From Patescibacteria group bacterium (GTDB lineage: Bacteria; Patescibacteriota; Minisyncoccia; Minisyncoccales; PEYH01), in NCBI GenBank assembly GCA_018817645.1, contig JAHITK010000014.1, forward strand, positions 9,989-73,988: a stretch of DNA of 64,000 nt, given 5' to 3'. A model generated the notes under the pieces. The model searched no databases, had not been told where the DNA came from, and saw only the letters and a program-made list of their open reading frames with translations. The first letter of the stretch is position 1, and every line of letters begins with the position of its first letter. The translations under genes and the position numbers were made by a program. Positions 8,800-17,631 of this stretch are shown piece by piece.

Positions 8800-10026
8800 T
8801 TATTCGTACCTTAACGCCTCAATAGGATTAAGCGAGGCGGCACGTCTGGCAGGATAGTATCCGAAAATAATTCCGATGGAGGCCGAGACCCCAAAAGCCA
8901 AAGCAATTGACCAGCCCGCAACATTAGTGCTGATGCCGGCGAATTTCTGAATTCCAAAAGAAATAAGCCATCCGACAATAATCCCGATAATCCCGCCCAT
9001 AAAAGTAAGCATTGTGGCTTCGGCTAAAAATTGCATACTGATGTCTCTGTTTTTGGCGCCAATCGCCTTGCGAAGCCCGATTTCGCGCGTTCTTTCCGTA
9101 ACCGTAGTAAGCATCATATTCATAATGCCAATGCCTCCGACAATCAAAGATATTCCGGCAATCGCCCCTAAAAAGATGGTTAAAGTTCCGGTTACGGAAG
9201 TCATAGTGTTCAAAATATCGGCCTGATTCATTATGGAAAAATCGGCCAAAGCAGGGTCGGCAATATTATGGCGGACTAAAAGCAAAGTGGTTATTTCTTC
9301 TTGCGCCACGGTCATATATTTCTCGTCGCTCACCTGAACATTTATAGTGGTGACATAGTTATTGCCCGACAAAAACTTTTGGGCGGTAGAAATCGGCACA
9401 AAAATAATGTCATCCTGGCTGCCGCCAAAACCCGTCCCGCCCTTGCTTTCGGTAACGCCGATGACCGTGAATTCAATCTTATTTATTTTGATTTTTCTCC
9501 CAATCGGGTCCGCTCCTTCTCCGAATAAATCAGATGCCGTAGTCGGCCCTAAAACCGCCACTTTTGCCGTGCTTTTTATATCCTGTTCCGAAATAAAAGA
9601 ACCGCTGTTGATAGTAAAATTTTTGACTCCGGCATATTGCGGAACCGTTCCGAGCACCGAAGTATTGGTGTTTGTCCCTTTGGCGGTTACTTGATACCTG
9701 GTAGAAACCTCCGGCGCTACCGCGTCTATATGAGAAATTTCTTGCAATATCGCATCAGCGTCATCTCCCGTAAGGGTCTGGGCCGAGCCCCGGCCTATAC
9801 TGATTTGCACCCGGTTTCCGCCCTGAACTCCGGGATAGACCACTAGCAGATTTGAACCGATTGACTGGATGTTGGATTTAATATCCGCTTCCGCCCCCTG
9901 ACCGATAGATATCAAAGCCACCACCGAACCGATGCCGATAACAATACCTAAAACCGTCAGCACAGTTCTGGCTTTATTAGCGAGAATGGCAGAAATCGTT
10001 TCTTCAAATAAATCGCTTAAAAGCAT
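8800..10026 (-). CDS. ABC transporter permease, MacB/FtsX family
   Basis: 408 aa. N-terminal TM, large periplasmic domain, C-terminal FtsX-type 3-TM bundle (TREIGLRKAIGAKNRDI). Confidence 0.85.
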   Translation of the reverse strand: MLLSDLFEETISAILANKARTVLTVLGIVIGIGSVVALISIGQGAEADIKSNIQSIGSNLLVVYPGVQGGNRVQISIGRGSAQTLTGDDADAILQEISHIDAVAPEVSTRYQVTAKGTNTNTSVLGTVPQYAGVKNFTINSGSFISEQDIKSTAKVAVLGPTTASDLFGEGADPIGRKIKINKIEFTVIGVTESKGGTGFGGSQDDIIFVPISTAQKFLSGNNYVTTINVQVSDEKYMTVAQEEITTLLLVRHNIADPALADFSIMNQADILNTMTSVTGTLTIFLGAIAGISLIVGGIGIMNMMLTTVTERTREIGLRKAIGAKNRDISMQFLAEATMLTFMGGIIGIIVGWLISFGIQKFAGISTNVAGWSIALAFGVSASIGIIFGYYPARRAASLNPIEALRYE

Positions 10027-10057
10027 ATTTTTTTCTCCCTTAAAGCGAATATAATGT

Positions 10058-10768
10058 TTATTCTTTGATGGGCTTCATGGCTTGGGAATAAGCCGCCAAA
10101 GCATCTTCAATAATCTCTCCGTCTTTGATGGAAATTATCCTTTTTGCTCTTTCCGCGATATATCTTTCATGAGTTATCAAAACGATTGTCTGTCCTTGCC
10201 TGTTTAATTCCTGGAATGTTTTCAGCACAATATCCCCAGTTTTGCTGTCCAGGTTTCCGGTCGGTTCGTCGGCAAGAATTAAAGAAGGATTATTCACCAG
10301 GGCCCGGGCAATGGCCACTCTTTGCATCTGCCCGCCTGATAACTGGTTTGAAAGATGATAAAAGCGGGTCTCTTCTAATCCGGCGTTAAGCAAGGCCTTT
10401 TTGGCTATTTCTTCGCGCTTTTCGCGCGGAGAATTCGCATAAATTAACGGCAAGACCACATTGCGAATAACGGTTGTCCTCGGCAAAAGATTAAATGTCT
10501 GAAAAACAAATCCGATTTTCTTCTTGCGGATATCGGCTAACTCATTGTCGGAAAGATTGGCAATATCTTTACCCTCAAACAAGTATTGCCCGCTGGTGGG
10601 CGTATCAAGACATCCCAAAATATGCATCAGGGTTGATTTGCCTGAACCGGACGGCCCGATAATCGCCACAAACTCTCCTTCCTTAACGATGAAGGAAACA
10701 TCCTTTAATGCCTTGGTCTCTATTTCATCATGCTTATAAATTTTTGTAATGTTTTTAACTTCTATCAT
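10058..10768 (-). CDS. ABC transporter ATP-binding protein (MacB/LolD type)
   Basis: Walker [10 protein letters not shown], signature [15 protein letters not shown], Walker [13 protein letters not shown]. Confidence 0.9.
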   Translation of the reverse strand: MIEVKNITKIYKHDEIETKALKDVSFIVKEGEFVAIIGPSGSGKSTLMHILGCLDTPTSGQYLFEGKDIANLSDNELADIRKKKIGFVFQTFNLLPRTTVIRNVVLPLIYANSPREKREEIAKKALLNAGLEETRFYHLSNQLSGGQMQRVAIARALVNNPSLILADEPTGNLDSKTGDIVLKTFQELNRQGQTIVLITHERYIAERAKRIISIKDGEIIEDALAAYSQAMKPIKE

Positions 10769-10775
10769 ATATATT

Positions 10776-10920
10776 CTGCCGAGACCTGCCGAGATCAGAA
10801 TCCTGCCGAGATCAGAATCCTGCCGAGATCAGAATCCTGCCGAGATCATTTCTCGGCAACTTTTTCTCGGCAACTTTGCCGAGAAATGATCCAACTTTGC
10901 CGAGAAATGATCTCGGCAGG
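10776..10920. repeat. Array of GCCGAGA / TCTCGGC half-sites (set 1)
   Basis: CTGCCGAGATCAGAATC x3 in tandem, plus palindromes GCCGAGA-TCATT-TCTCGGC and GCCGAGA-AATGA-TCTCGGC. About 10 half-sites in 145 bp. Confidence 0.85.
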
Positions 10921-10942
10921 TGGTTTATAAATTCTCAAGAGG

Positions 10943-12736
10943 TTAACGCATTATTCTCATCATCTCTCCTCCCCCTGCGCCGGCTGAAAAACCATTGGAT
11001 GTTCCGGTGCTTGAATTATTAGAGGAAGAAGCAGAGGTCTGGATAATCACCTCATCTCCTTCGTTAAGGCCACTGGTAATTTCTGTCATTGTGTCGTTAG
11101 AAAGCCCCGCCTCCACCGCTTTCCGGCTGATTGTTCCGTCCGAAGACATAATTTCAACATACTGCTGCTCCCCTTGATATTTAACGGCGGAATTTGGAAC
11201 CAGAAGCACTCCCTGTTTGATGTTTGTCATAATCTCCGCCGAAATGCTCATATTCGGCTTTATTTTATCCTCCTGCGTATCCAGGGCTATTTTCACATCA
11301 TAACTCACTACGCCTTGGCTTACTGTCCCCAAGGTGTCAATATCCGCCACTTCTCCGGTAAGAGTCATCTCTTCAATGGCGTCAAGCGTAATGGTGGCTT
11401 TCTGGCCTAATGCCAACTGACTTACATCCACTTCGTTAAGAGTAATTTCGGCTAATTTTTGTTTGGTGATAATGGACGCCAAAACGGTTCCCGAAGAAAC
11501 GGATTGTCCTTTTGACGCATTGGCTTCAATTATTATTCCGTCAAACGGAGCCCTTACATAACAATTATCCAGCGTCTTTTTAGCGTCGGTTAAAGCGTCT
11601 TTCTTCTGTTGAACCGCAATTTCTTTGGCTCTGATTTCCAGAGCATCCGCTCCCGCTTTAAGATTTTCCAAACTCAACTCTTTTTCCTTAATGCTTCTCT
11701 CTGCCGACACAATCGTGTCTTTGGCGCTTTGAATGCTGCGTTGAACCGATAAAAGAGTAGAAAGATGGCTATTGACTTTTGAGATATATGACTTCAGTTC
11801 TGTCTGATAAGCGGTTACATCGGAGAAAATCCTCAGTCCTTTTTTGGTGCGGAAATCCACCCAATAGTCAAGCATATTTATCTCGCTTTTTATTGTTTCG
11901 GACATTGCCCGAATGGTTTGAATCGTTTCGTCTAATAAAGCGTCAATCGTCTCCTGGTCAGAAAGGCGGTTGGCTGCCCTATAACTGCTCAGATTATCAT
12001 CATATTTCTGGCGAACGGCAGAATATGCTTCCTCCGCTTTATCGGTAAATGTCAGGAATTCCGTTCTTTCGTCAATATATTGAGAGGGAATAGAATTAAT
12101 TAAGCCGTGAACATTATCGTTCCCACCGGATACATCGGGTTCGTTATCCGCTAATTCCTGGCCATATAAGACATTCTCTGTGTCTGTAATGATTGTCGGC
12201 AAATCAAGGAAGACGTTTGCCACATCATTAAAACCGTCTTCGTAAGCATTCAGAATATTTTCTTCATCCTTGGGAATGGATTCTTTGGTGGACAATAAAT
12301 CATTTTCCGCTTTTAACAATGTCAATTCATCCGGAGGATTTGACAGCTCTTGCAGGTCTAATTTTGCCGTTTCTAATGATGTTTCCGCGTCCCGCACCGC
12401 TTTTTCAGCGTCGCTGGTGTCAATTTTAAAAAGCAAAGTTCCGGCTTTGACCTCATCGCCGTTTTTAACGCTTACAGAGACTATGTCGCCTGAAACCCGG
12501 GGCTTGATGTCCGCTTGGTTGGAAACCGCTATCTGGCCGGTCCCGCTTACGGTGGTGATAAGAGTCCCTTTTTCCACAATGGCGGTAGTATAACTTATCT
12601 CCCCTTGATTTTGCGAACTCATAGTTCTGATTCCAAAATAACCCGCTAAAACAAGGATGGCGATTATGATGATGGCAATAAACTTATGCCTCATCATCCA
12701 CTTATACAAGCTCTTAGCCCTAAAAAATATTTTCAT
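10943..12736 (-). CDS. HlyD/MacA-type periplasmic adaptor (membrane fusion protein)
   Basis: N-terminal TM, long coiled-coil hairpin, beta-barrel C-domain, operon partner of the ABC/FtsX genes. ATG at 12736 chosen (track start 12787 is GTG); the start is uncertain. Confidence 0.8.
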   Translation of the reverse strand: MKIFFRAKSLYKWMMRHKFIAIIIIAILVLAGYFGIRTMSSQNQGEISYTTAIVEKGTLITTVSGTGQIAVSNQADIKPRVSGDIVSVSVKNGDEVKAGTLLFKIDTSDAEKAVRDAETSLETAKLDLQELSNPPDELTLLKAENDLLSTKESIPKDEENILNAYEDGFNDVANVFLDLPTIITDTENVLYGQELADNEPDVSGGNDNVHGLINSIPSQYIDERTEFLTFTDKAEEAYSAVRQKYDDNLSSYRAANRLSDQETIDALLDETIQTIRAMSETIKSEINMLDYWVDFRTKKGLRIFSDVTAYQTELKSYISKVNSHLSTLLSVQRSIQSAKDTIVSAERSIKEKELSLENLKAGADALEIRAKEIAVQQKKDALTDAKKTLDNCYVRAPFDGIIIEANASKGQSVSSGTVLASIITKQKLAEITLNEVDVSQLALGQKATITLDAIEEMTLTGEVADIDTLGTVSQGVVSYDVKIALDTQEDKIKPNMSISAEIMTNIKQGVLLVPNSAVKYQGEQQYVEIMSSDGTISRKAVEAGLSNDTMTEITSGLNEGDEVIIQTSASSSNNSSTGTSNGFSAGAGGGEMMRIMR

Positions 12737-12857
12737 AAAAAAATTATTAAAGATTAAAAAGAGATATTTCTTGCTGAAATATCCCACACTTTATTACTAC
12801 AACAATTACTACAACAAAAATCAAATTTTGTTTCATTTTCTCAACCTGTCTGTAAAC

Positions 12858-12962
12858 TGCCGAGATCGTTTCTCGGCGGTTTCTCGTCTCGGCAGTTTCT
12901 CGGCGCTTCTCGGCGCTCTATGGCTAATTGCCGGGATTGCCGAGATCGTTTCTCGGCGGTTT
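12858..12962. repeat. Array of GCCGAGA / TCTCGGC half-sites (set 2)
   Basis: TGCCGAGATCGTTTCTCGGCGGTT occurs twice (12858 and 12939), with extra TCTCGGC half-sites between. The right copy encodes the last residues (PPRNDLG) of the 12924-13709 ORF. Confidence 0.85.
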
Positions 12963-13709
12963 GCGGTTGTCAAACATAGGGAAAAAGAGATCCCTGTCTT
13001 CCTCTATTATGCGAACGCCAAAAGCGTTAACAGAAGAATCTTTTTTATCTCCCATAATCATTATTAAATCCCCTTCTTCTATCTCTTGATTTTTGGGCAG
13101 AATAGTTTGCGGAGAAACAAGAACCTCAAAAATCTCGCCCTTTTCATTGCTTATCGTAAGCCCTTGCTCGCCAACGGCAGACACCTCTCCGATATGGACA
13201 TTGGGAAGCGCTTGCAAGGCGCGTTCCCGGTAAAATGACCCGATAATAGGTATTCTGCCTTCTGCGGCCCCTCTAAACAATTGAGGATGAATGACTGTAT
13301 GCGAGACAACCAATCCGATTATGGAGACGAACAGCAAAATCCCGAGCACGGAATAAACCAAGGGCCTTCTATAAACAAAGGAAAATTTCCTGGCTAAAAT
13401 TTCCAAAATAACCACCACTGCCAATGCGAAAATTAACCAATGCCATGGGAAACGCGCGAAAAAAAGCCCCATCCCCCGCGCTCCGAATCCGGGCGCGTAC
13501 CAAAGGCCGGTGGCTCGTATCTTAAACATTACAAAACTAAAAACAAAAGCGGCAAAGGCAAAAAAGAGTATCGTCCCCAAGATGAAAAATGCGGTTTTCA
13601 AAATAAACAGCAACTTCGGCCTCATCAATAATTCTTTTCCCCTGATTCTTTTCAAAATCCGCTCTTTTATATTATTTTTCAAAGAATTGCTATTATGGTT
13701 GTTGTCCAT
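12924..13709 (-). CDS. Membrane protein, candidate anti-sigma factor
   Basis: Overlaps the upstream ECF sigma gene by 17 nt. Several TM helices then a soluble C-domain. No recognisable family motif. Confidence 0.5.
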   Translation of the reverse strand: MDNNHNSNSLKNNIKERILKRIRGKELLMRPKLLFILKTAFFILGTILFFAFAAFVFSFVMFKIRATGLWYAPGFGARGMGLFFARFPWHWLIFALAVVVILEILARKFSFVYRRPLVYSVLGILLFVSIIGLVVSHTVIHPQLFRGAAEGRIPIIGSFYRERALQALPNVHIGEVSAVGEQGLTISNEKGEIFEVLVSPQTILPKNQEIEEGDLIMIMGDKKDSSVNAFGVRIIEEDRDLFFPMFDNRKPPRNDLGNPGN

Positions 13710-14256
13710 ATATTTTATTATAAATAGTTTTTAACTTTTCTCTGCCTCGACTCAGGCGCACACCGATAGTGGAAATCGGCAACTGCAAGATGTCCGCAAT
13801 CTCCTGATAACTCAATTCCTCTAAGTAATAAAAGATAATCACTTCCCGATATTTCATCTCTAACCGGTTAAGACATTTTTCTATTATGGTTCGCATCTCT
13901 TGATAATTCACCTCCCTGTCGGTTTCGTTGTCGCGAAGTCGAATAGAGTGCGGGAGGAAAACATCAAAATTAAATGATGAAAAAAATCTCCTTTTTCTCA
14001 GGTGGTTGACCAACTCGTTGTGGGCAATCCGGTAAAGCCAAGAAGAAAATTTTCTTTTAATGTCAAAACTTTGAATGTTGACATAGGCCTTGATAAAAAC
14101 AGTTTGGATTATATCGTCAGTGTCTTCCTTGTTTGAAAGAAATTTTCGCGCGTAACGCCTGATTTTCTCCTCGTATCTTTCAATCAAAACGCCAAAAAAA
14201 TCAGTTCTGCCTGATTGAACCAGATGCACAATTTCTTCATCGCTCTTCTCCGACAT
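13693..14256 (-). CDS. RNA polymerase sigma-70 family (ECF-type) sigma factor
   Basis: Region 2 (DIIQTVFIKAY...WLYRIAHN) and region 4 HTH (LSYQEIADILQLPISTIGVRLSRGREKL). 187 aa. Confidence 0.85.
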   Translation of the reverse strand: MSEKSDEEIVHLVQSGRTDFFGVLIERYEEKIRRYARKFLSNKEDTDDIIQTVFIKAYVNIQSFDIKRKFSSWLYRIAHNELVNHLRKRRFFSSFNFDVFLPHSIRLRDNETDREVNYQEMRTIIEKCLNRLEMKYREVIIFYYLEELSYQEIADILQLPISTIGVRLSRGREKLKTIYNKIYGQQP

Positions 14257-14300
14257 ATATTATTAACTACTAATTAATACAATTACCACCATCTTTTATT

Positions 14301-15059
14301 TCAGACCGTAATTTCTACCCAGCGCCAGCGGTCGTATTGGTCCTTGAAAAACTCAAAATCTTTATACCCTTGTTTTATCAATAATTCTTTGATTTTTGTC
14401 TTCTGAAAAGAATCAAATTCAAGATAAATTTTTCCATTTGGCTTTAAATGATTTTTCGCCTCTTTGAGAAACTTCTTGATATACAGCAAGCCGTCCTTTC
14501 CGGCAAAAAGCGCGCTTGGCGGCTCATATTCTAAAACCGATTTTTGCGCCTTCGCTTTGCGCTCTAATGCGATATACGGCGGATTGGCAAATATGTAATC
14601 GTATTTTTTTGTGATGTTTTTGAAAATATCTGTCTGAATAACTGATGTCTTTCTTTTATTAAGTCCATTAAGCCGAAGATTAAACCTAATCTGCCACAGA
14701 AAATCCTTATTGATTTCGCCGAAATCAACTTGAACCCCGGGAACATATTTCAGAACCGCAATCCCGATGGCCCCGCTGCCGGAAAACAAATCCAAGCATC
14801 GCACTCTGCCTTGTCTGTCTTTTATTTCCTTAATCGCTTTTTCTGCCCAAAATTCTGTTTCTGGCCGAGGTATCAGCGGTCTTTTCCGCAAATCAATCTT
14901 AGCGCCCAGAAATTTCACAAAACCGATAAGATAGTCCAGGGGTTCTCCTTGCTTTAATTTTTCAATATCCGCTCTGGCTTCAGCGGTAAGCTTGCCCTGA
15001 TACTTCTCGTCCAAAAGCCAATTAACTTGTTTTTCAAAAAAAATCTGTGATTTATTCAT
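14301..15059 (-). CDS. prmC: Release-factor glutamine N5-methyltransferase (PrmC/HemK)
   Basis: AdoMet motif LDLFSGSGAIG and the NPPY catalytic motif (IFANPPYI). Confidence 0.8.
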   Translation of the reverse strand: MNKSQIFFEKQVNWLLDEKYQGKLTAEARADIEKLKQGEPLDYLIGFVKFLGAKIDLRKRPLIPRPETEFWAEKAIKEIKDRQGRVRCLDLFSGSGAIGIAVLKYVPGVQVDFGEINKDFLWQIRFNLRLNGLNKRKTSVIQTDIFKNITKKYDYIFANPPYIALERKAKAQKSVLEYEPPSALFAGKDGLLYIKKFLKEAKNHLKPNGKIYLEFDSFQKTKIKELLIKQGYKDFEFFKDQYDRWRWVEITV

Positions 15060-15639
15060 TCTTAAAAATTTTGGCGATTAAATAAAATTCTCTACTATAT
15101 TTTCTTACCGCGCTCGGACGATACGATTTAACAAAATTAAATAATCTTTTTATTTCTTTTAAAAACTCTTCCGTTCCCTCTCCTTCAAATGTCTTGCAAA
15201 CAAAAATCCCTCTTGCCTTCAATGATTGTTTAGCGATATCTAAAGCGGTTTTGGCCAGCTCTAATGATTTTGCTGTATCAACAAAATGAATGCCCGAAGT
15301 GCCCGGCGCCGCATCAGAAACAATCGCATCAAACCGTTCGCTGAAACTGCCGACAAGCTCTCTAATATCACCCTTGATAAACTTCATATTATCCTTAAGC
15401 GAAATTTTCAAATCCACCACATCAACACCTGTCACTCTGCCCTTTTTGCCGATTTTCCCGCTGAGATAAATCATCCAGGAACCGGGGGCGCACCCGATAT
15501 CCAATACCAAATCGCCCCGCTTGATGAGCCGATATTTTTTATCTATCTCCTGTAATTTATAGACAGAACGAGCCGGATAATTTTCTTCTTTGGCTTTTTT
15601 GAAATAAAAATCCTGCCGTGTGTTTTTCGCCTTCTTCAT
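15052..15639 (-). CDS. rlmE: 23S rRNA U2552 2'-O-methyltransferase (RlmE/FtsJ)
   Basis: RSVYKLQEIDKKY...VLDIGCAPGSW...VVSDAAP are FtsJ-family motifs. Confidence 0.85.
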   Translation of the reverse strand: MKKAKNTRQDFYFKKAKEENYPARSVYKLQEIDKKYRLIKRGDLVLDIGCAPGSWMIYLSGKIGKKGRVTGVDVVDLKISLKDNMKFIKGDIRELVGSFSERFDAIVSDAAPGTSGIHFVDTAKSLELAKTALDIAKQSLKARGIFVCKTFEGEGTEEFLKEIKRLFNFVKSYRPSAVRKYSREFYLIAKIFKNE

Positions 15640-16055
15640 TTTAGATTTTTGATATAAGCCATAATGAATTTTTCAATGGCAGCCACTGTTTCCTCTTTAA
15701 ATTTGGGGCTGCTTTCAGCGATCCAAAGAGCAAAATTATATAACTCTTTATTATCCGCTATCAACCATTTTTTGTTTTTATGCAGAAAAACAAATAAAGT
15801 AGTTATGGCGATTCTTTTGTTGCCATTCTGAAAAGGATGATTTTTTATCATCAAATAAAAAAGAATGGCCGCCTTGCCAATAAGGCCGCTATAAAGCGGT
15901 TTCTTTGCGAATGTCTGAAAAGGCACGCCCAGACAACTTTCTAAAATATTGGGCGATCTGGTTTCAAATTCCGGAATCGGCTCATTGGATGTCATCAACT
16001 GGCGAGCCAGCCGGAAAGCGATATATTCAACTTCTTTAATGGACAATATTTTCAT
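15636..16055 (-). CDS. doc: Doc-family (Fic fold) toxin
   Basis: Fic/Doc motif HPFQNGNKRIA. 139 aa. 1-nt overlap with the upstream HTH gene. Confidence 0.8.
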   Translation of the reverse strand: MKILSIKEVEYIAFRLARQLMTSNEPIPEFETRSPNILESCLGVPFQTFAKKPLYSGLIGKAAILFYLMIKNHPFQNGNKRIAITTLFVFLHKNKKWLIADNKELYNFALWIAESSPKFKEETVAAIEKFIMAYIKNLK

Positions 16056-16309
16056 TATGTTTCCCCTAACATTCTTAAAGTTTCTCCATATTCTTTAACT
16101 ATTTTTCTGACCGCTTTATCAACTTCTGACTTTTGCTCCCCTGTGAGTTCTTTGCCTAAAATTCCGTATAAATCTTTTTTATCAATAGCAAAATTACGGC
16201 CTATTTTAACCGCCTCTATTGTCCCCTTTTTAATCTTTTTATAAACCGCTATCCTGCTTATCCCGAGCAATTTTGCCAGTTCAGTGGTTGAGATAAAATT
16301 TTTATCCAT
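16055..16309 (-). CDS. Excisionase/MerR-type HTH protein, candidate antitoxin of Doc
   Basis: ISTTELAKLLGISRIAVYKKIKKGTI helix-turn-helix. 84 aa. Coupled to doc. Confidence 0.65.
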   Translation of the reverse strand: MDKNFISTTELAKLLGISRIAVYKKIKKGTIEAVKIGRNFAIDKKDLYGILGKELTGEQKSEVDKAVRKIVKEYGETLRMLGET

Positions 16310-16318
16310 ATTTGTTTT

Positions 16319-16371
16319 GTTAACCTATTATGATAGGTTAACCTATGTTAACCCATTAGTCAATGGTTAAC
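16319..16371. promoter_or_regulatory. GTTAAC-containing operator-like repeats upstream of the HTH-doc pair
   Basis: Perfect palindrome GTTAACCTAT-TATG-ATAGGTTAAC (16319-16342), plus further GTTAACC/GGTTAAC half-sites at 16347 and 16365. Confidence 0.55.
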
Positions 16372-16846
16372 AACTAAATTTACTTTTGTATTTAATATAT
16401 TTCTTAATCGTCTCGCTAAAACTTTCGGCCAAATCCATCTTTAACCCTTCTTCCGGCGTTACCCAAACATAATCGTTGATTTCCCTCTTATCCAATTCAA
16501 TCTCATCGCCATCTTTCAATTTGCATAAAAAATCAAAATAAATGAAATGCGCCGGGCGGTGAAAATCTTTTGAATTTACAAGCTCCTCAAAAGAAAGATT
16601 TTCCTTTGGCTCTATGTCAAGGCCTGTTTCCTCTTTAATCTCTCGTTTAAGCGCTTCGACCATCCTTTCTCCCGGCTCAATATGTCCAGCAGGCATCATC
16701 CATTTGTTAAACCATTTTGATGATTGAATCAGAAGAATTTTTCCGTCATTATTTTCAATGGTCGCAGACACAACAACCTCAACCCCCTTCGGGAATCTGT
16801 TGTTGATGTCTTCGGTCCTACTTTCATTATCATTATTTATAAACAT
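16367..16846 (-). CDS. NUDIX hydrolase
   Basis: Nudix box GHIEPGERMVEALKREIKEETGL. 159 aa. Confidence 0.8.
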   Translation of the reverse strand: MFINNDNESRTEDINNRFPKGVEVVVSATIENNDGKILLIQSSKWFNKWMMPAGHIEPGERMVEALKREIKEETGLDIEPKENLSFEELVNSKDFHRPAHFIYFDFLCKLKDGDEIELDKREINDYVWVTPEEGLKMDLAESFSETIKKYIKYKSKFSC

Positions 16847-16905
16847 ATTTTTATCTTTTTATCTTACCAAAAAATCCTTGATTTGTCCCGCCTGAACTAA
16901 AAATA

Positions 16906-16939
16906 TTGACCTTCCAGCGTCAAAATGCTATATTATAAT
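16906..16939 (+). promoter_or_regulatory. Sigma70-like promoter for the plus-strand mini-gene
   Basis: TTGACC (16906-16911), 17-nt spacer, TATATT, immediately followed by TATAAT (16934-16939). Confidence 0.45.
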
Positions 16940-16962
16940 CACACGGAATCTAAGGAGGCGGT

Positions 16963-17127
16963 ATGAATCTACAGAAATATGGGCCCCCTGCTCCTCGTCG
17001 CGGGAAGAACGGTCATGGGAAGAACGAGAGAAGCAATGGGCAGAGGCGTCCTCCACGCTCAAGGCGATGCTTTAGGTGCAGGAGACCAATGCCTTGGTCG
17101 TGTAACTATTGCCGACGGAGCAGATGA
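16963..17127 (+). CDS. Hypothetical 54-aa arginine-rich CxxC...CxxC (zinc-ribbon-like) protein
   Basis: Hand translation (below the track cut-off): MNLQKYGPPAPRRGKNGHGKNERSNGQRRPPRSRRCFRCRRPMPWSCNYCRRSR. TAAGGAGG lies 5-7 nt upstream of the ATG. GC-rich patch. Confidence 0.35.
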   Translation: MNLQKYGPPAPRRGKNGHGKNERSNGQRRPPRSRRCFRCRRPMPWSCNYCRRSR

Positions 17128-17291
17128 GGCCTACCGGATCCAACTATCCGCCATCCACCCAGTAGCGTTCCTCCCTTTATATTGGGGAGGAAACCAATTC
17201 CGAACGGCGAGCAATCCTGCCCGCCTTTTTCTTCTTACAATTACAAAATAAACGGAAGTCCGACTTCCGCCAACTCAACTTCTATCGCAAA

Positions 17292-17501
17292 TTATAGACC
17301 CAAATTGGTCCCGCTTATAGCGCTTAAAAATTGAGGAATGAGAAACAATATCCCAATAAGAGGCAAAACAATTACAATTATGGTGATAATAAGCGTCCAA
17401 AGAAAATATTTTCTCATCCTCTCAACAGAGCGGTAAATCTCTTCAAGTTTTTTGTCTTGCGCTTCAATTTTTCTCAAAATTTCTTCTTCCATATATTTCA
17501 T
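17292..17501 (-). CDS. Hypothetical small membrane protein
   Basis: 69 aa. Charged N-terminal helix then one long TM (FLWTLIITIIVIVLPLIGILFLIPQFL). Confidence 0.5.
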   Translation of the reverse strand: MKYMEEEILRKIEAQDKKLEEIYRSVERMRKYFLWTLIITIIVIVLPLIGILFLIPQFLSAISGTNLGL

Positions 17502-17596
17502 CTTACCACAAAATCGCCCAAAAAGCGATTTTTTTGGACTTCTTTAATTAACACCTGCTACTACTTAACTATTTAATTCTTAGCAGAAAAGAAAAC

Positions 17597-17626
17597 CCCA
17601 GACGCCCGGTGAAACCAGCGCCTGGG
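17597..17626 (-). terminator. Intrinsic terminator after 17632-18036
   Basis: CCCAGACG...CGCCTGGG stem (1 mismatch), followed on the minus strand by GTTTTCTTTTCTG. Confidence 0.5.
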
Positions 17627-17631
17627 ATGCT

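Noticed and set aside
10776-10920. CRISPR array (also considered for 57441-57580, 18539-18605 and the TTTTGGA runs)
   Set aside because: The repeat units are 7-17 bp with no unique spacers of 25-40 bp, and no cas genes are present.
16979-17251. Known structured RNA (5S, RNase P, SRP, tmRNA) in the GC-rich patches 16950-17270 and 19940-20200
   Set aside because: I could not find the hallmark conserved blocks by eye: GAGGAAAGUCC / ACAGAAnnCGGCUUA for RNase P, GGAAGCAGCC for SRP, tRNA-like ends for tmRNA, or CCGAAC..GAAGUGAAAC for 5S. This needs an Rfam scan to be certain.
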